Below, piece by piece: positions 1-11,358 of a stretch of 64,000 bases of DNA. A program made the translations under genes and the position numbers. Position 1 is the stretch's first letter. Every line of letters starts with the position of its first letter. The notes below the pieces were generated by a model. That model saw only the letters and a program-made list of their open reading frames with translations, made no database searches and was not told the DNA's origin. The DNA comes from Henriciella sp. (GTDB lineage Bacteria; Pseudomonadota; Alphaproteobacteria; Caulobacterales; Hyphomonadaceae), in assembly GCA_013213825.1 (NCBI GenBank), contig JABSQA010000001.1, positions 33,017-97,016 on the forward strand, given 5' to 3'.

Positions 1-183
1 AGATTCGTTTTCTGTGTGCTCGCACAGTCCAAACAGACTGGGTTCGAGGATCGATCCAGTGAGGCTGCCATTTTCCAGCGACAACCAGGCTGAAAATTGC
101 ACGCCTTCCGTGTCAGTCTCGCTGACCCAGTACCGACCTGACCAAACCCCGCTCAGGGTATGAGAGCTACGTATAATCCCCAT
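1..183 (-). CDS. Hypothetical protein, 5' part (runs off the window edge; not in the ORF track)
   Basis: ATG at 183 opens 61 stop-free codons to the edge: MGIIRSSHTLSGVWSGRYWVSETDTEGVQFSAWLSLENGSLTGSILEP..., a protein-like beta-strand pattern (LSGxWxGxY); divergent from the VOC gene. Confidence 0.6.
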   Translation of the reverse strand, partial: MGIIRSSHTLSGVWSGRYWVSETDTEGVQFSAWLSLENGSLTGSILEPSLFGLCEHTENES

Positions 184-347
184 CTTGACAGTATGCCAGA
201 ATATAAGACGTGGCGACAAGTCTCTGGAGGCAGATTTTGCAATATTGAGACAATATTCGTCCCCGCATCCTAGATTTTGCGTAAACCAGTTTACGGATCG
301 GCGCGATTGCGCAATGTTTTTTCCCTCAGTCGCAGAGGGGAAGTGCA

Positions 348-695
348 ATGTCAGCACCAATCGTATTTTTCGACATCGCCGGACCGGATGAGTCGCAGCT
401 TCGAACTTTCTATCAAACTGTATTTGATTGGCCGTGTGGGACTCCCGGGACGTTTGTCCCTGGCAATGCGCCGAATCTTGATGGCATGATCCGCGGCGAC
501 CCGAGTGAGAAGCTTCTCTATATCGGCGTGCCGGACATCAGCAAAACGCTTGAGAATATCGAAACGGCGGGCGGCAAGACCGACGTGCCACGTTTCGAAG
601 TGCCAGGCGTCGCCGTTCTCGGCCTATTTTTCGATCCAGCTGGGAACCGTATGGGATTGGTCGAAATGAATGGCGATCAGCCAATCATTCCGTGA
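348..695 (+). CDS. VOC/glyoxalase-like family protein
   Basis: IVFFDIAGPD...FYQTVFDW, LLYIGVPDI, and FFDPAGNRMGL motifs; GAGGGG SD-like sequence upstream. Confidence 0.8.
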   Translation: MSAPIVFFDIAGPDESQLRTFYQTVFDWPCGTPGTFVPGNAPNLDGMIRGDPSEKLLYIGVPDISKTLENIETAGGKTDVPRFEVPGVAVLGLFFDPAGNRMGLVEMNGDQPIIP

Positions 696-711
696 CAAAA
701 TCCAGTCCGCC

Positions 712-3141
<2,430 letters not shown>

Positions 3142-3349
3142 CTATCCCTACATGTGATTCGAAATTTCCCTTCTTTTATAGGGGTTTTTGCCCGAAAAGG
3201 GAAATGAACAGCTGGTATTTTTTGGGTGTAAAAATTCAAAATATACAATGAGTTACAGGGTATTTTGAGTTGCGTGATTTGGGCGCTCGCTTTGCCCCTA
3301 CGAAAACCGCATAAACTGCCGCAAAATCGGGCCAGATTGGGAGGTCAAA

Positions 3350-4282
3350 TTGAAGTGGTTTTTGCGCATTTTTGCGTTCATTCTTTTGCTCATATTAGGG
3401 GCATATTTGCTCGCGGAAGCGCGGTTGAAACCGCTCAATGATGCCGCGCGCGCAGAAGCGCCTGGCAGTTTTGCAGCGCTCAGTCATGGCCAAATTCACT
3501 ACCGATTAGAGGGTCCTGAAAACGGTCCACTCGTCGTTCTGGTCCATGGTTTCTCGACGCCAAATTTCATTTACCAGCAAAATGTCGAAGCGTTGAACGC
3601 AGCTGGGTTTCGGACATTGCGGTTCGACCATTATGGTCGAGGTTGGTCGGATCGTCCGTCGACCAAATATGATATCGACTTCTACGACACCGCTTTGGTT
3701 GAACTGCTTGCGCATGTTGGCATTGATGAACCGTTTGGATTGGTGGGGCTGTCCATGGGCGGTCCGATCGTCGCGGAATTCACGGCACGCTATCCAGAGC
3801 GCGTAGATCACTTAGTGTTGCTTGTGCCTGCGGGATTAGATTTGGCGTCTGCTGACAGCGCCTCTACGGCGCTGCTGAGCACGCCGCTTGTGGGCGATTG
3901 GATTTGGCGCATGTTTGGCAAGTCCATTCTGCTCGGTGACCCGCAATATGATGAAGCCGAACGGGACCCGGACTCCAAATTACAGGGTGATGTCGCAGAG
4001 CAATTCGAGTATCGCGGCTATTTGCAAGCGCTGCTCTCAAACTTTCGACACATGCCGATGAGTGGGCGAGAGGAGACGTTTTCGCGCCTAGCTGAGACCG
4101 GCGTTCCGGTACTGGCCATTTCTGGCGATGCGGATGAGACGGTGAATGTCTCCAGCGCCGACAAACTTGAAGCACGTATCCCGGCGGCGGATATTCGCAT
4201 TGTTGAGGGTGGCGAGCACGGTCTAAATTATCAAGAACACAGCCTTGTAAGCCCTTGGCTGGTCGAGTGGTTTTCTCAATAA
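3350..4282 (+). CDS. Alpha/beta hydrolase with N-terminal membrane anchor
   Basis: VHGFSTP oxyanion loop, DHYGRGWS, GLSMGG nucleophile elbow, late GDADETV and GGEHG. Confidence 0.85.
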   Translation: MKWFLRIFAFILLLILGAYLLAEARLKPLNDAARAEAPGSFAALSHGQIHYRLEGPENGPLVVLVHGFSTPNFIYQQNVEALNAAGFRTLRFDHYGRGWSDRPSTKYDIDFYDTALVELLAHVGIDEPFGLVGLSMGGPIVAEFTARYPERVDHLVLLVPAGLDLASADSASTALLSTPLVGDWIWRMFGKSILLGDPQYDEAERDPDSKLQGDVAEQFEYRGYLQALLSNFRHMPMSGREETFSRLAETGVPVLAISGDADETVNVSSADKLEARIPAADIRIVEGGEHGLNYQEHSLVSPWLVEWFSQ

Positions 4283-5766
4283 GCCTCAGCAATGAGCACC
4301 AAGGCGGCATCCATTTCTGGCGTTGCGGATCGCGTGCCGGGTGGGCGGTCATTGGCGATGATCGAGAAGAGAAGGCGCCGCCCACTGCGTGCTTCCAACA
4401 CGCCCGCGAGCGCGTTGGCGCCATTCAGTGTGCCCGTCTTTGCGAAAATCTTGCCCTCAAGCGCGGTCCCTTTGAAGCGCCGCTCCAAGGACCCGTCGAC
4501 GCCGCCAATGGGTTGATCCGCGAGCCAATCCTCGAACCAGGGCTGGCGCGCTGCGAAGGCGAGCAAGCGCACCACGCCGCGCGGGCTGATCCGATTATAG
4601 ACGGACATGCCCGAGCCGCCCTCAAGGGACATGGCTATGTCTGAAACGCCAGCTTCAGCTAAAAAGTCTTTTAGCGCAGCACGACCAAAGTCGCGCGACC
4701 CGGTGCCATCGATCAGCCCCAAACGACGCAATGCGATTTCGGCGTGCATATTCTCGCTGTCTTTAGATATCCGCATCAAGCTCTCTCGCAGCGGGGATGC
4801 GGGCAGAGTGGCGATAAGCGTTCCGTTTGAAGGCAGGGTTTGTGAAACCAAACTTGCTCGATCTTCGCCTTCTTCGGGCGCTTCATCTTGGAGGCCTATG
4901 GGGCGGTGCCGTGTTTCAATGCGTTCGACGCTTATGCCGCGCGCTTCAAGCAAGTCTCTAAACCGGCTGGCAGCGAACCTTGCCGGATTGTCTAGGCCCA
5001 GTCCGAAACTTAATTGAGGTGAACCTGCGGTCAAGCTGCCATAGACGCGAACCGTTTCGCCCCCGGGGTGCCGTTGGACACGCAATGTCCGATCCGAGTC
5101 TTCTGCGCCGGTCACAAGTTCGTTCTCGAGCGCGTATAAAGCATCGCCCTCTTGCCAAGAAATGACCGTCGAGTCTCCCGCCGCTGCGCCAGGTGTGACA
5201 TCGATCCAGACGAGATTGTCATTCACGCTCAGCGCAGAAACCGCTGTGCCATAATAGTATTGTAGATCTTCTATGCTCCAACCAATGCCCCAGCGATCGA
5301 ATGGGAAGAATGTATCATCGCCGACGAGGGCTGAGACTTCGACGATCCCTGTCGCGGCGACAGCATCCGCCAATGCCGCCAAGCAGGTGCGCTCGCAATC
5401 TGAGGCGTCGCGAAGCATTGCATCTCCGCCGCCATAAAGGACCAAATCAGGCGCTGTGTCCGGTCCGGTTGATTCCAGATAAACGCGCGTCCCTGGGTTC
5501 AGGCGTGTATCTTCTAGCGCATCCAAATGATGATAGGTCGCCATCGTTGTAATGACTTTGGTGTTCGAGCCTGGCGTGAAACGATCTTCTGCACGGATGC
5601 TAATTTGCTCGGTACCGTCCATATCGGCGACGACCAGTCCCCAGCGAATACCGGTCTGTTCTGGATTTGTGAGCGCGTCGTCGAGTTGGGTCTGCAATGG
5701 GGTTTGGCAAGCGCTGAGAACAGCAAAAAAGCCTATTGCGAGCCTGATTAATCCATGACGCCGCAT
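4276..5766 (-). CDS. dacB: D-alanyl-D-alanine carboxypeptidase/endopeptidase (PBP4, peptidase S13), lipoprotein
   Basis: PGSNTK (SxxK), KDSENMHAE (SxN), AKTGTL (KTG); lipobox LSAC; start moved to ATG 5766 because the ORF-track extension overlaps recF. Confidence 0.88.
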   Translation of the reverse strand: MRRHGLIRLAIGFFAVLSACQTPLQTQLDDALTNPEQTGIRWGLVVADMDGTEQISIRAEDRFTPGSNTKVITTMATYHHLDALEDTRLNPGTRVYLESTGPDTAPDLVLYGGGDAMLRDASDCERTCLAALADAVAATGIVEVSALVGDDTFFPFDRWGIGWSIEDLQYYYGTAVSALSVNDNLVWIDVTPGAAAGDSTVISWQEGDALYALENELVTGAEDSDRTLRVQRHPGGETVRVYGSLTAGSPQLSFGLGLDNPARFAASRFRDLLEARGISVERIETRHRPIGLQDEAPEEGEDRASLVSQTLPSNGTLIATLPASPLRESLMRISKDSENMHAEIALRRLGLIDGTGSRDFGRAALKDFLAEAGVSDIAMSLEGGSGMSVYNRISPRGVVRLLAFAARQPWFEDWLADQPIGGVDGSLERRFKGTALEGKIFAKTGTLNGANALAGVLEARSGRRLLFSIIANDRPPGTRSATPEMDAALVLIAEAY

Positions 5767-5797
5767 CGCACCGCTCCACCTTCTGCCGATCGGTAGC

Positions 5798-6901
5798 TTA
5801 ATCAGGATTCGCCGTGATTTCGACCCGCTGTGCACGATCTCCGAACGCTTCGAATAAGAATTCCTCTGTCCCCGTGAGCCAGGCCTGTCCGCCAAGCTCG
5901 ATCAATTCATCGAACAATGCCGCACGGCGATCGCGATCTAAATGCGCCGCGGCTTCGTCCAGCAAGATCAGAGGGCTTGGGCCATTGCCATCGGCATTGA
6001 GCGCACGCGCGCTGGCCAGGATCAGTCCAATCAGCAGCGCTTTTTGTTGACCGGTAGACGCATCGCCTGCGGCCGCCCCTGTTGGTCGGTGGATGACGGA
6101 TAGATCGGTTCGATGCGGGCCAGACAGCGTTCGGCCAGCGGCTTGATCGCGATATCGGCCTTTGGCGAGCTGTTCGGCGATCAGGTCTTGCACATCAAAC
6201 AAGCTGGCATCCTCACTGGCCAGCTTTTCGGCGTCACCCTCCAGCGCTAAGTCACCTTTTGGGAAGAAGCCTTCTGGTCGGTCATTGATCGCGTCTTGGA
6301 GGGCAATCAGAATGCGGGCGCGATTGCTTGCAATGATCGCCCCGGCTTCCGCCATCCGACCTTCAATCGCATCGGCCCATGCCGGGTCGACGCGTCCGCG
6401 TTCGAGCAAAGCGTTGCGCTCGCGCATCGCCTTTTCATACCGATTGGAGACGCTGCCATGGCTGGGAATATGTGCCATCACTTGGCGGTCGAAAAAGCGT
6501 CGCCGCTCGCTGGCGCCGCCGCGAAACACGCTATCCATAGCTGGCGTTAGCCAGACAATGCGAATGAGGTCCGCGAGATCTGTCGCGGTGGCGGGTGCCC
6601 CATCCAGGCGAACGACCCGCTTATTTCCATTACCGGTCGAGTCGAGCCCGACGCCCAATTTGCGATCCTCATCGAGCGTCGCGGAGATGGTCCAACCGGA
6701 GGTGGCGTCATGTCTGGTCATCTCGGGCAAAGCCGCTGCGCGCAGGCCGCGCCCTGGGCCGAGCTGGCTAATCGCTTCCAGGACATTGGTTTTGCCAGCG
6801 CCATTGCTGCCCCAGAGACAGACAGGTCTGGTATCGAGTTTTAAATCCAAACTCGCATGGCTGCGAAAATCCGTAAGGCGAAGGCGAGTAAGGGCGGTCA
6901 C
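5798..6901 (-). CDS. recF: DNA replication/repair protein RecF
   Basis: GSNGAGKTNVLEAI Walker A, GPHRTDL, STGQQKALL, LLDEAAAHLD; start overlaps the dnaN stop. Confidence 0.95.
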   Translation of the reverse strand: MTALTRLRLTDFRSHASLDLKLDTRPVCLWGSNGAGKTNVLEAISQLGPGRGLRAAALPEMTRHDATSGWTISATLDEDRKLGVGLDSTGNGNKRVVRLDGAPATATDLADLIRIVWLTPAMDSVFRGGASERRRFFDRQVMAHIPSHGSVSNRYEKAMRERNALLERGRVDPAWADAIEGRMAEAGAIIASNRARILIALQDAINDRPEGFFPKGDLALEGDAEKLASEDASLFDVQDLIAEQLAKGRYRDQAAGRTLSGPHRTDLSVIHRPTGAAAGDASTGQQKALLIGLILASARALNADGNGPSPLILLDEAAAHLDRDRRAALFDELIELGGQAWLTGTEEFLFEAFGDRAQRVEITANPD

Positions 6902-8019
6902 TAGACCCGTAATGGCATCAGCACATATTGCGCGCTCTCATCACCGGGATCGAGCACAAGGGCAGGGGAAGCAGGATCATTGAATAGGAAGCGCGCATCT
7001 TCCGCTTCAATTTGAGCAGTCACATCCAGCAAATATTTTGCGTTAAAGCCAATATCCATTTCGTCGGCTTGGTAATCACACTCAATCTCTTCGTGGCCCT
7101 GACCGGTCTCAGCACTGTTTACCGCTAATGTTAGACGGCCTTCGGCGAGTGACAATTTCACGGATCGTGAACGTTCGGCCGAAACCGTTGCGACGCGATC
7201 AACGGCCGCTTCAAACAGCTTATTGTCGATGATCATGGCTTTGGCATTCCCTTTCGGGATAACCCGCGCATAGTCCGGGAAGGATCCGTCAATCAATTTT
7301 GAGGTCAGCTGCGCTCTGCCTGACTTGAACACGACCTTCGTGTCCGAGACCGAAACCGAGACATCGCCATCTTCACTGTCGATCAGACGGCGCACTTCGC
7401 CGACCGCTTTGCGGGGAACGATGACGCCTTCCAAGGTCTCGGCGCCGCTCGGGGCATCCACTTCAGACAGCGCCAGGCGGTGTCCATCGGTTGCCACTGT
7501 GCGGAGCTTTTTGCCCGCATCTGTATCGGCGGTGTGTAAGTAGACCCCGTTCAAATAGTAGCGTGTCTCTTCGGTTGAAATCGCGAAACGAGTCTTATCA
7601 ATCAAACGGCGCAAATCAGCGGCTTCCATCTCAAACTCGCTAGCATCCTCATCGGGCACCATGGTCTGGAAGTCGCCCGCTGGCAGGGTTGGAAGCGAGA
7701 ATTTTGAACGGCCAGAGCGAATGGCGAGCTGACGGTTTTCACCATTCAGTTCCAACTCAATGTCGGCGCCCGCAGGCAGCTTTCGAACCACGTCAAACAA
7801 AGTGCCAGCGGGGGCGGTCACGGCGCCATCGGCGTCGATTTTCGCATCCGCATGATCAACGGCCTCGATATCAAGGTCCGTCGCCGTGAAGCGAACCGCG
7901 CCATCGGCCGCTTCGATCAGAATATTCGACAGAATGGGAATCGTGTTGCGACGTTCCACGACATTTTGGACATGTCCGAGCGCATTCAACAGCGCGCCGC
8001 GTTCGATCGTCAATTTCAT
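6901..8019 (-). CDS. dnaN: DNA polymerase III beta sliding clamp
   Basis: RRNTIPILSN, ETRYYLNGV, VATDGHRL, SKLIDGSFPDY, IGFNAKYL, YVLMPLRV. Confidence 0.98.
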   Translation of the reverse strand: MKLTIERGALLNALGHVQNVVERRNTIPILSNILIEAADGAVRFTATDLDIEAVDHADAKIDADGAVTAPAGTLFDVVRKLPAGADIELELNGENRQLAIRSGRSKFSLPTLPAGDFQTMVPDEDASEFEMEAADLRRLIDKTRFAISTEETRYYLNGVYLHTADTDAGKKLRTVATDGHRLALSEVDAPSGAETLEGVIVPRKAVGEVRRLIDSEDGDVSVSVSDTKVVFKSGRAQLTSKLIDGSFPDYARVIPKGNAKAMIIDNKLFEAAVDRVATVSAERSRSVKLSLAEGRLTLAVNSAETGQGHEEIECDYQADEMDIGFNAKYLLDVTAQIEAEDARFLFNDPASPALVLDPGDESAQYVLMPLRV

Positions 8020-8081
8020 ATTATTTTCCCTTTGCCGGTCATCCGGTCTCGCCCATTCTCAGTCCGTTTTCAAACGAATCA

Positions 8082-8105
8082 GCCCGCTCCTTTTCGGGAG
8101 CGGGC
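8082..8105. other. Strong GC hairpin between dnaA and dnaN
   Basis: GCCCGCTCC/GGAGCGGGC 9-bp stem; no good U tract on the coding (minus) strand. Confidence 0.5.
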
Positions 8106-8156
8106 CGCTAAAGTCACGAATTCCGCGTGAAATGCAAGTCTTTGTCAGACTTGGGC

Positions 8157-8165
8157 TGTGGATCA
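8157..8165 (-). promoter_or_regulatory. DnaA box (TGATCCACA, Caulobacter G-box type) overlapping the dnaA stop codon
   Basis: + strand TGTGGATCA; its reverse complement begins with the dnaA TGA. Confidence 0.45.
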
Positions 8166-9629
8166 GGCCTGATCGTGGCCCGCCAACCGATCGAACACAG
8201 CGTTTTTGACCCGCTCAATCTCTTCGCTCATGTCGCGGTCACCTTTATCCAGTGCCTTCTTAATCTTGCGATAGGCGTGCAGCACGGTGGTGTGGTCTTT
8301 TTTCTTATAGGCCGTCGCGATTTGCGGGAAGGACTTGTCCGTCATCACGCGCGACAAATACATGGCGACTTGCCGCGGATGACAGATCGTGCGGACTTTA
8401 CTGGCGCTTTCAATGTCGCTCTTGGAAATCCGATACAGATCCATACAGGTGCGCTTAATGTCATCCAGCGAAGGCGTACGCGGCTCTCCAGCAATCCGGC
8501 GAATGACCGTTTCGAGCATGTCTGGCGTTGGGGCGAGCTCGCCATAGCCTGTCTCAAGCTGCAAGCTCCAGAGCACGCCACACAATTCACGCCCGGCGCC
8601 GCGCACAGTCGCGACGATGCGCTCAATCATGGCTTCTGTCAGGATGAAATTTGGGGTGTCTTTCGCGATCAAGTCCACATGCCGACGAATGATCGCTTTG
8701 CGCATCTCATTGTCTGGCATGGCCACTTCGACAGATGCCGCGCCTTTGATTTCGCCGACCAGTTCTTTTGACAGGCCGACCATATCGCCTGGTGCAGCAT
8801 CGGCGGTGATGATGACATGTCCGCCCATAGACGTCACCGCGCGCAAGGCGCCGAAGAAGGCTTTGTCAGTTTTTGCTTTGCCTGCGATCCAGTGCAGGTC
8901 ATCAATCATCAATAGGTCATTCTTTTTGACATAAGCCTGCAGCGCGCTTGTATCCCCAGCTCGGGAGTCGCTGACAAATCGAGTCATAAACTCTTCGGCA
9001 GAAATATAAGCCAATCGGCGACTGTCATTGCGCAGGGCGGCTTCCGCCTCGATCGCTTTAAGAATGTGCGTTTTGCCAGTGCCTGGCTGACCATAAATCA
9101 CAATCACGCCGGCGGGGATGGGGGCCCCACTGGCGACGCGCTTTCCAAGTCCAACCGCGCGCGCATTCGATGGCCCGGCAACCAGAGTTGCGAATGTCAT
9201 GGAATGATCGAGATTGAGCGCCGCGTAATCCGGCTCACTGTCATCCAGTTCGACCGTGGATTGACCCGACTCACTCAGCCATGGGTCACCGACCATATCG
9301 CGCACATCTGAAGGGACGCGCGACCATAGCTCAAACTTCAGGCGTCGCTTTTTCGGATCAAGCTTCTGCCACGCTTGTTGAAGTGGGCGTGAAAAATCCG
9401 TAGAGACGCGATCCAGCGTCAACTGATCCGGTGCCGCGATCACGATCGAATTATTAATCTCGGCGACAAAGCGAATTGCTGTCAGCCATTGTTGTGAGTT
9501 ATCGGGTTTCGCTTCGGCTTCAACCGCGCTGACAGATTGCGACCAAAGCGTCTTCGCACCAAACTGATTGTCCGTTGCTTTTGCCTCGGTTGTAGCTTTC
9601 TGCCCTTCAACCCCATACGTCAGCCCCAT
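8163..9629 (-). CDS. dnaA: Chromosomal replication initiator DnaA (divergent)
   Basis: Walker A GQPGTGKTH, Walker B LLMIDD, sensor II GRELCG, domain IV HPRQVAMYL and DHTTVLHA; position between rpsT and dnaN; start ATG 9629 (GTG 9686 is an alternative). Confidence 0.9.
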   Translation of the reverse strand: MGLTYGVEGQKATTEAKATDNQFGAKTLWSQSVSAVEAEAKPDNSQQWLTAIRFVAEINNSIVIAAPDQLTLDRVSTDFSRPLQQAWQKLDPKKRRLKFELWSRVPSDVRDMVGDPWLSESGQSTVELDDSEPDYAALNLDHSMTFATLVAGPSNARAVGLGKRVASGAPIPAGVIVIYGQPGTGKTHILKAIEAEAALRNDSRRLAYISAEEFMTRFVSDSRAGDTSALQAYVKKNDLLMIDDLHWIAGKAKTDKAFFGALRAVTSMGGHVIITADAAPGDMVGLSKELVGEIKGAASVEVAMPDNEMRKAIIRRHVDLIAKDTPNFILTEAMIERIVATVRGAGRELCGVLWSLQLETGYGELAPTPDMLETVIRRIAGEPRTPSLDDIKRTCMDLYRISKSDIESASKVRTICHPRQVAMYLSRVMTDKSFPQIATAYKKKDHTTVLHAYRKIKKALDKGDRDMSEEIERVKNAVFDRLAGHDQA

Positions 9630-10009
9630 AAGATGCACCTTTCTTATTCTTGCGTTTTCTTCATCTTGGCGACCAACGGAAAACACACACGCCTCTATGA
9701 TTGACCCGGTAAGGCCTACCCCAAAATTACGCTGTACACAGAGGACAATCCGTCGATGAAGATAGTTAATCAGGAACAGATTTTGGTTGCAACAGAAGAA
9801 ACTTTACTTTGCCCGCACAAGGCCTGCTTGACTCCTGATTAGCCCTTGAAGATTCACGTGAAAATAAACTCAAAAAGTTACACTTGACAGGTTTGAGTGT
9901 TCCGACTGTTTGCCGTATTCAACCTTTGTTCTGTCAACGGCAAATTCGTCCATTCTCTGTGGATTTTTGTGCTTTGATACACTCCGTGTATTTCGAGCAC
10001 ATATACGCG

Positions 10010-10040
10010 AAAAAAGCCCGCATGCCGAGGCCAGCGGGCT
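10010..10040 (-). terminator. Intrinsic terminator of rpsT
   Basis: AGCCCGC/GCGGGCT stem followed by a U6 tract on the minus strand. Confidence 0.65.
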
Positions 10041-10077
10041 ATACAATTTTGTCAGTTTTCGGACGAGTTTAGAGCGC

Positions 10078-10341
10078 TTAGCTCATCGCCTTCACGCGCG
10101 CAGAAAGGCGAGACACTTTGCGTGCGGATGTGTTCTTATGAATGACGCCTTTTCCGGCGGCGCGCATGATTTCTGGCTGTGCAGCTTTCAGCGCTTCGCT
10201 GGCGGCAGACTTGTCGCCAGCCTCGATCGCTTCTTCAACTTTGCGGACATAAGTGCGCATGCGCGAGCGTCGGGCCTTATTCACTTCGGTGCGGGTCGCA
10301 ATCTTGCGCACCATCTTTTTGGCTGATTTCGTGTTCGCCAT
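10078..10341 (-). CDS. rpsT: 30S ribosomal protein S20
   Basis: [13 protein letters not shown]...[10 protein letters not shown]...[15 protein letters not shown]. Confidence 0.98.
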   Translation of the reverse strand: MANTKSAKKMVRKIATRTEVNKARRSRMRTYVRKVEEAIEAGDKSAASEALKAAQPEIMRAAGKGVIHKNTSARKVSRLSARVKAMS

Positions 10342-10447
10342 CTAAAACTCCTTTGGTCGCCCTATCTGGCGAAGAGGCGGTAAGTACAGAAACCACCCGC
10401 TCGCGTCAACCGTTCCTGAGCGTGTCAGGTGAAGATTCTGCTGACTC

Positions 10448-10456
10448 TTATCCACA
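10448..10456 (+). promoter_or_regulatory. Perfect consensus DnaA box TTATCCACA next to two GANTC sites
   Basis: TTATCCACA at 10448-10456; GACTC 10443-10447; GATTC 10434-10438. Confidence 0.55.
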
Positions 10457-10475
10457 CGTCCACGACGCGGATCGA

Positions 10476-11252
10476 CTATTGATTTTTGAAGTGCGCTTGG
10501 CGTTTCTCAACAAACGCTTCCATGCCTTCCTTTTGATCCTCTGTCGCGAACAGAGAATGGAACAGGCGGCGTTCAAACATGACGCCCTGGCTCAGCGGTG
10601 TTTCATAGGCCGCATTGCCCATTTCTTTGGTCAACATGGCCGCCGCACGGGGCATGGATGCGATCTTCTTTGCCACCGCTTTCGCTTCGTCGACCAGGTC
10701 ATCTACGGGCACGATACGAGACACTAATCCGCAGCTTTCAGCTTCTTTTGCATCCATCATCCGGCCGGTTAGGCACATTTCCATAGCTTTGGATTTTCCC
10801 GCAAAACGGGTGAGACGCTGGGTTCCACCGGCGCCAGGTGAAACCCCAATGGTGATTTCCGGTTGACCAAATTTCGCTTTCTCGCCGGCCAAAATGAAAT
10901 CGCACATCATTGCCAGTTCACAGCCACCGCCCAGGGCATAGCCATTCACAGCAGCGATAAGCGGCTTCCGCGTCCGCGCCGCGCGCTCCCAATTGCGGGT
11001 GATGAAGTCGCTATAATAGGCCTGCATGTAAGATTGCTCGCGCATCTCTTTAATATCAGCGCCAGCGGCGAACGCCTTTTTTGACCCGGTGATAACGATA
11101 CAGCCAATTTCTGAATCCTCATCAAACCGATCGAGGGCTGCAGTCAGTTCATCCATCAATTGATTGTTGAACGCATTGAGCGCGTCAGGTCGGTTCAAAG
11201 TGATAACGGCAACGCCGCCATCGACCTCGGTTAAGAGTGTTTCGTACGCCAT
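10476..11252 (-). CDS. Enoyl-CoA hydratase/isomerase
   Basis: [35 protein letters not shown]; usual neighbour of rpsT in alphaproteobacteria. Confidence 0.92.
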   Translation of the reverse strand: MAYETLLTEVDGGVAVITLNRPDALNAFNNQLMDELTAALDRFDEDSEIGCIVITGSKKAFAAGADIKEMREQSYMQAYYSDFITRNWERAARTRKPLIAAVNGYALGGGCELAMMCDFILAGEKAKFGQPEITIGVSPGAGGTQRLTRFAGKSKAMEMCLTGRMMDAKEAESCGLVSRIVPVDDLVDEAKAVAKKIASMPRAAAMLTKEMGNAAYETPLSQGVMFERRLFHSLFATEDQKEGMEAFVEKRQAHFKNQ

Positions 11253-11358
11253 GGCGTTCCCAGCTATCCTTGTCTTGCCTCAAGTTTGGCCGTCATCAGC
11301 AGCCTCTCCCATCACCTGAAACTGTAGATTATATCGGGACAGGCGTCGATAGCGTTCC

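Noticed and set aside
6162-6983. 273-aa + strand ORF
   Set aside because: Antisense shadow of recF; Ser/Arg/Ala-rich with no motifs. The same applies to most short ORFs in the track
8127-8771. 214-aa + strand ORF
   Set aside because: Antisense shadow of dnaA
9910-10326. 138-aa + strand ORF
   Set aside because: Antisense to rpsT and crosses its terminator; no recognisable motif
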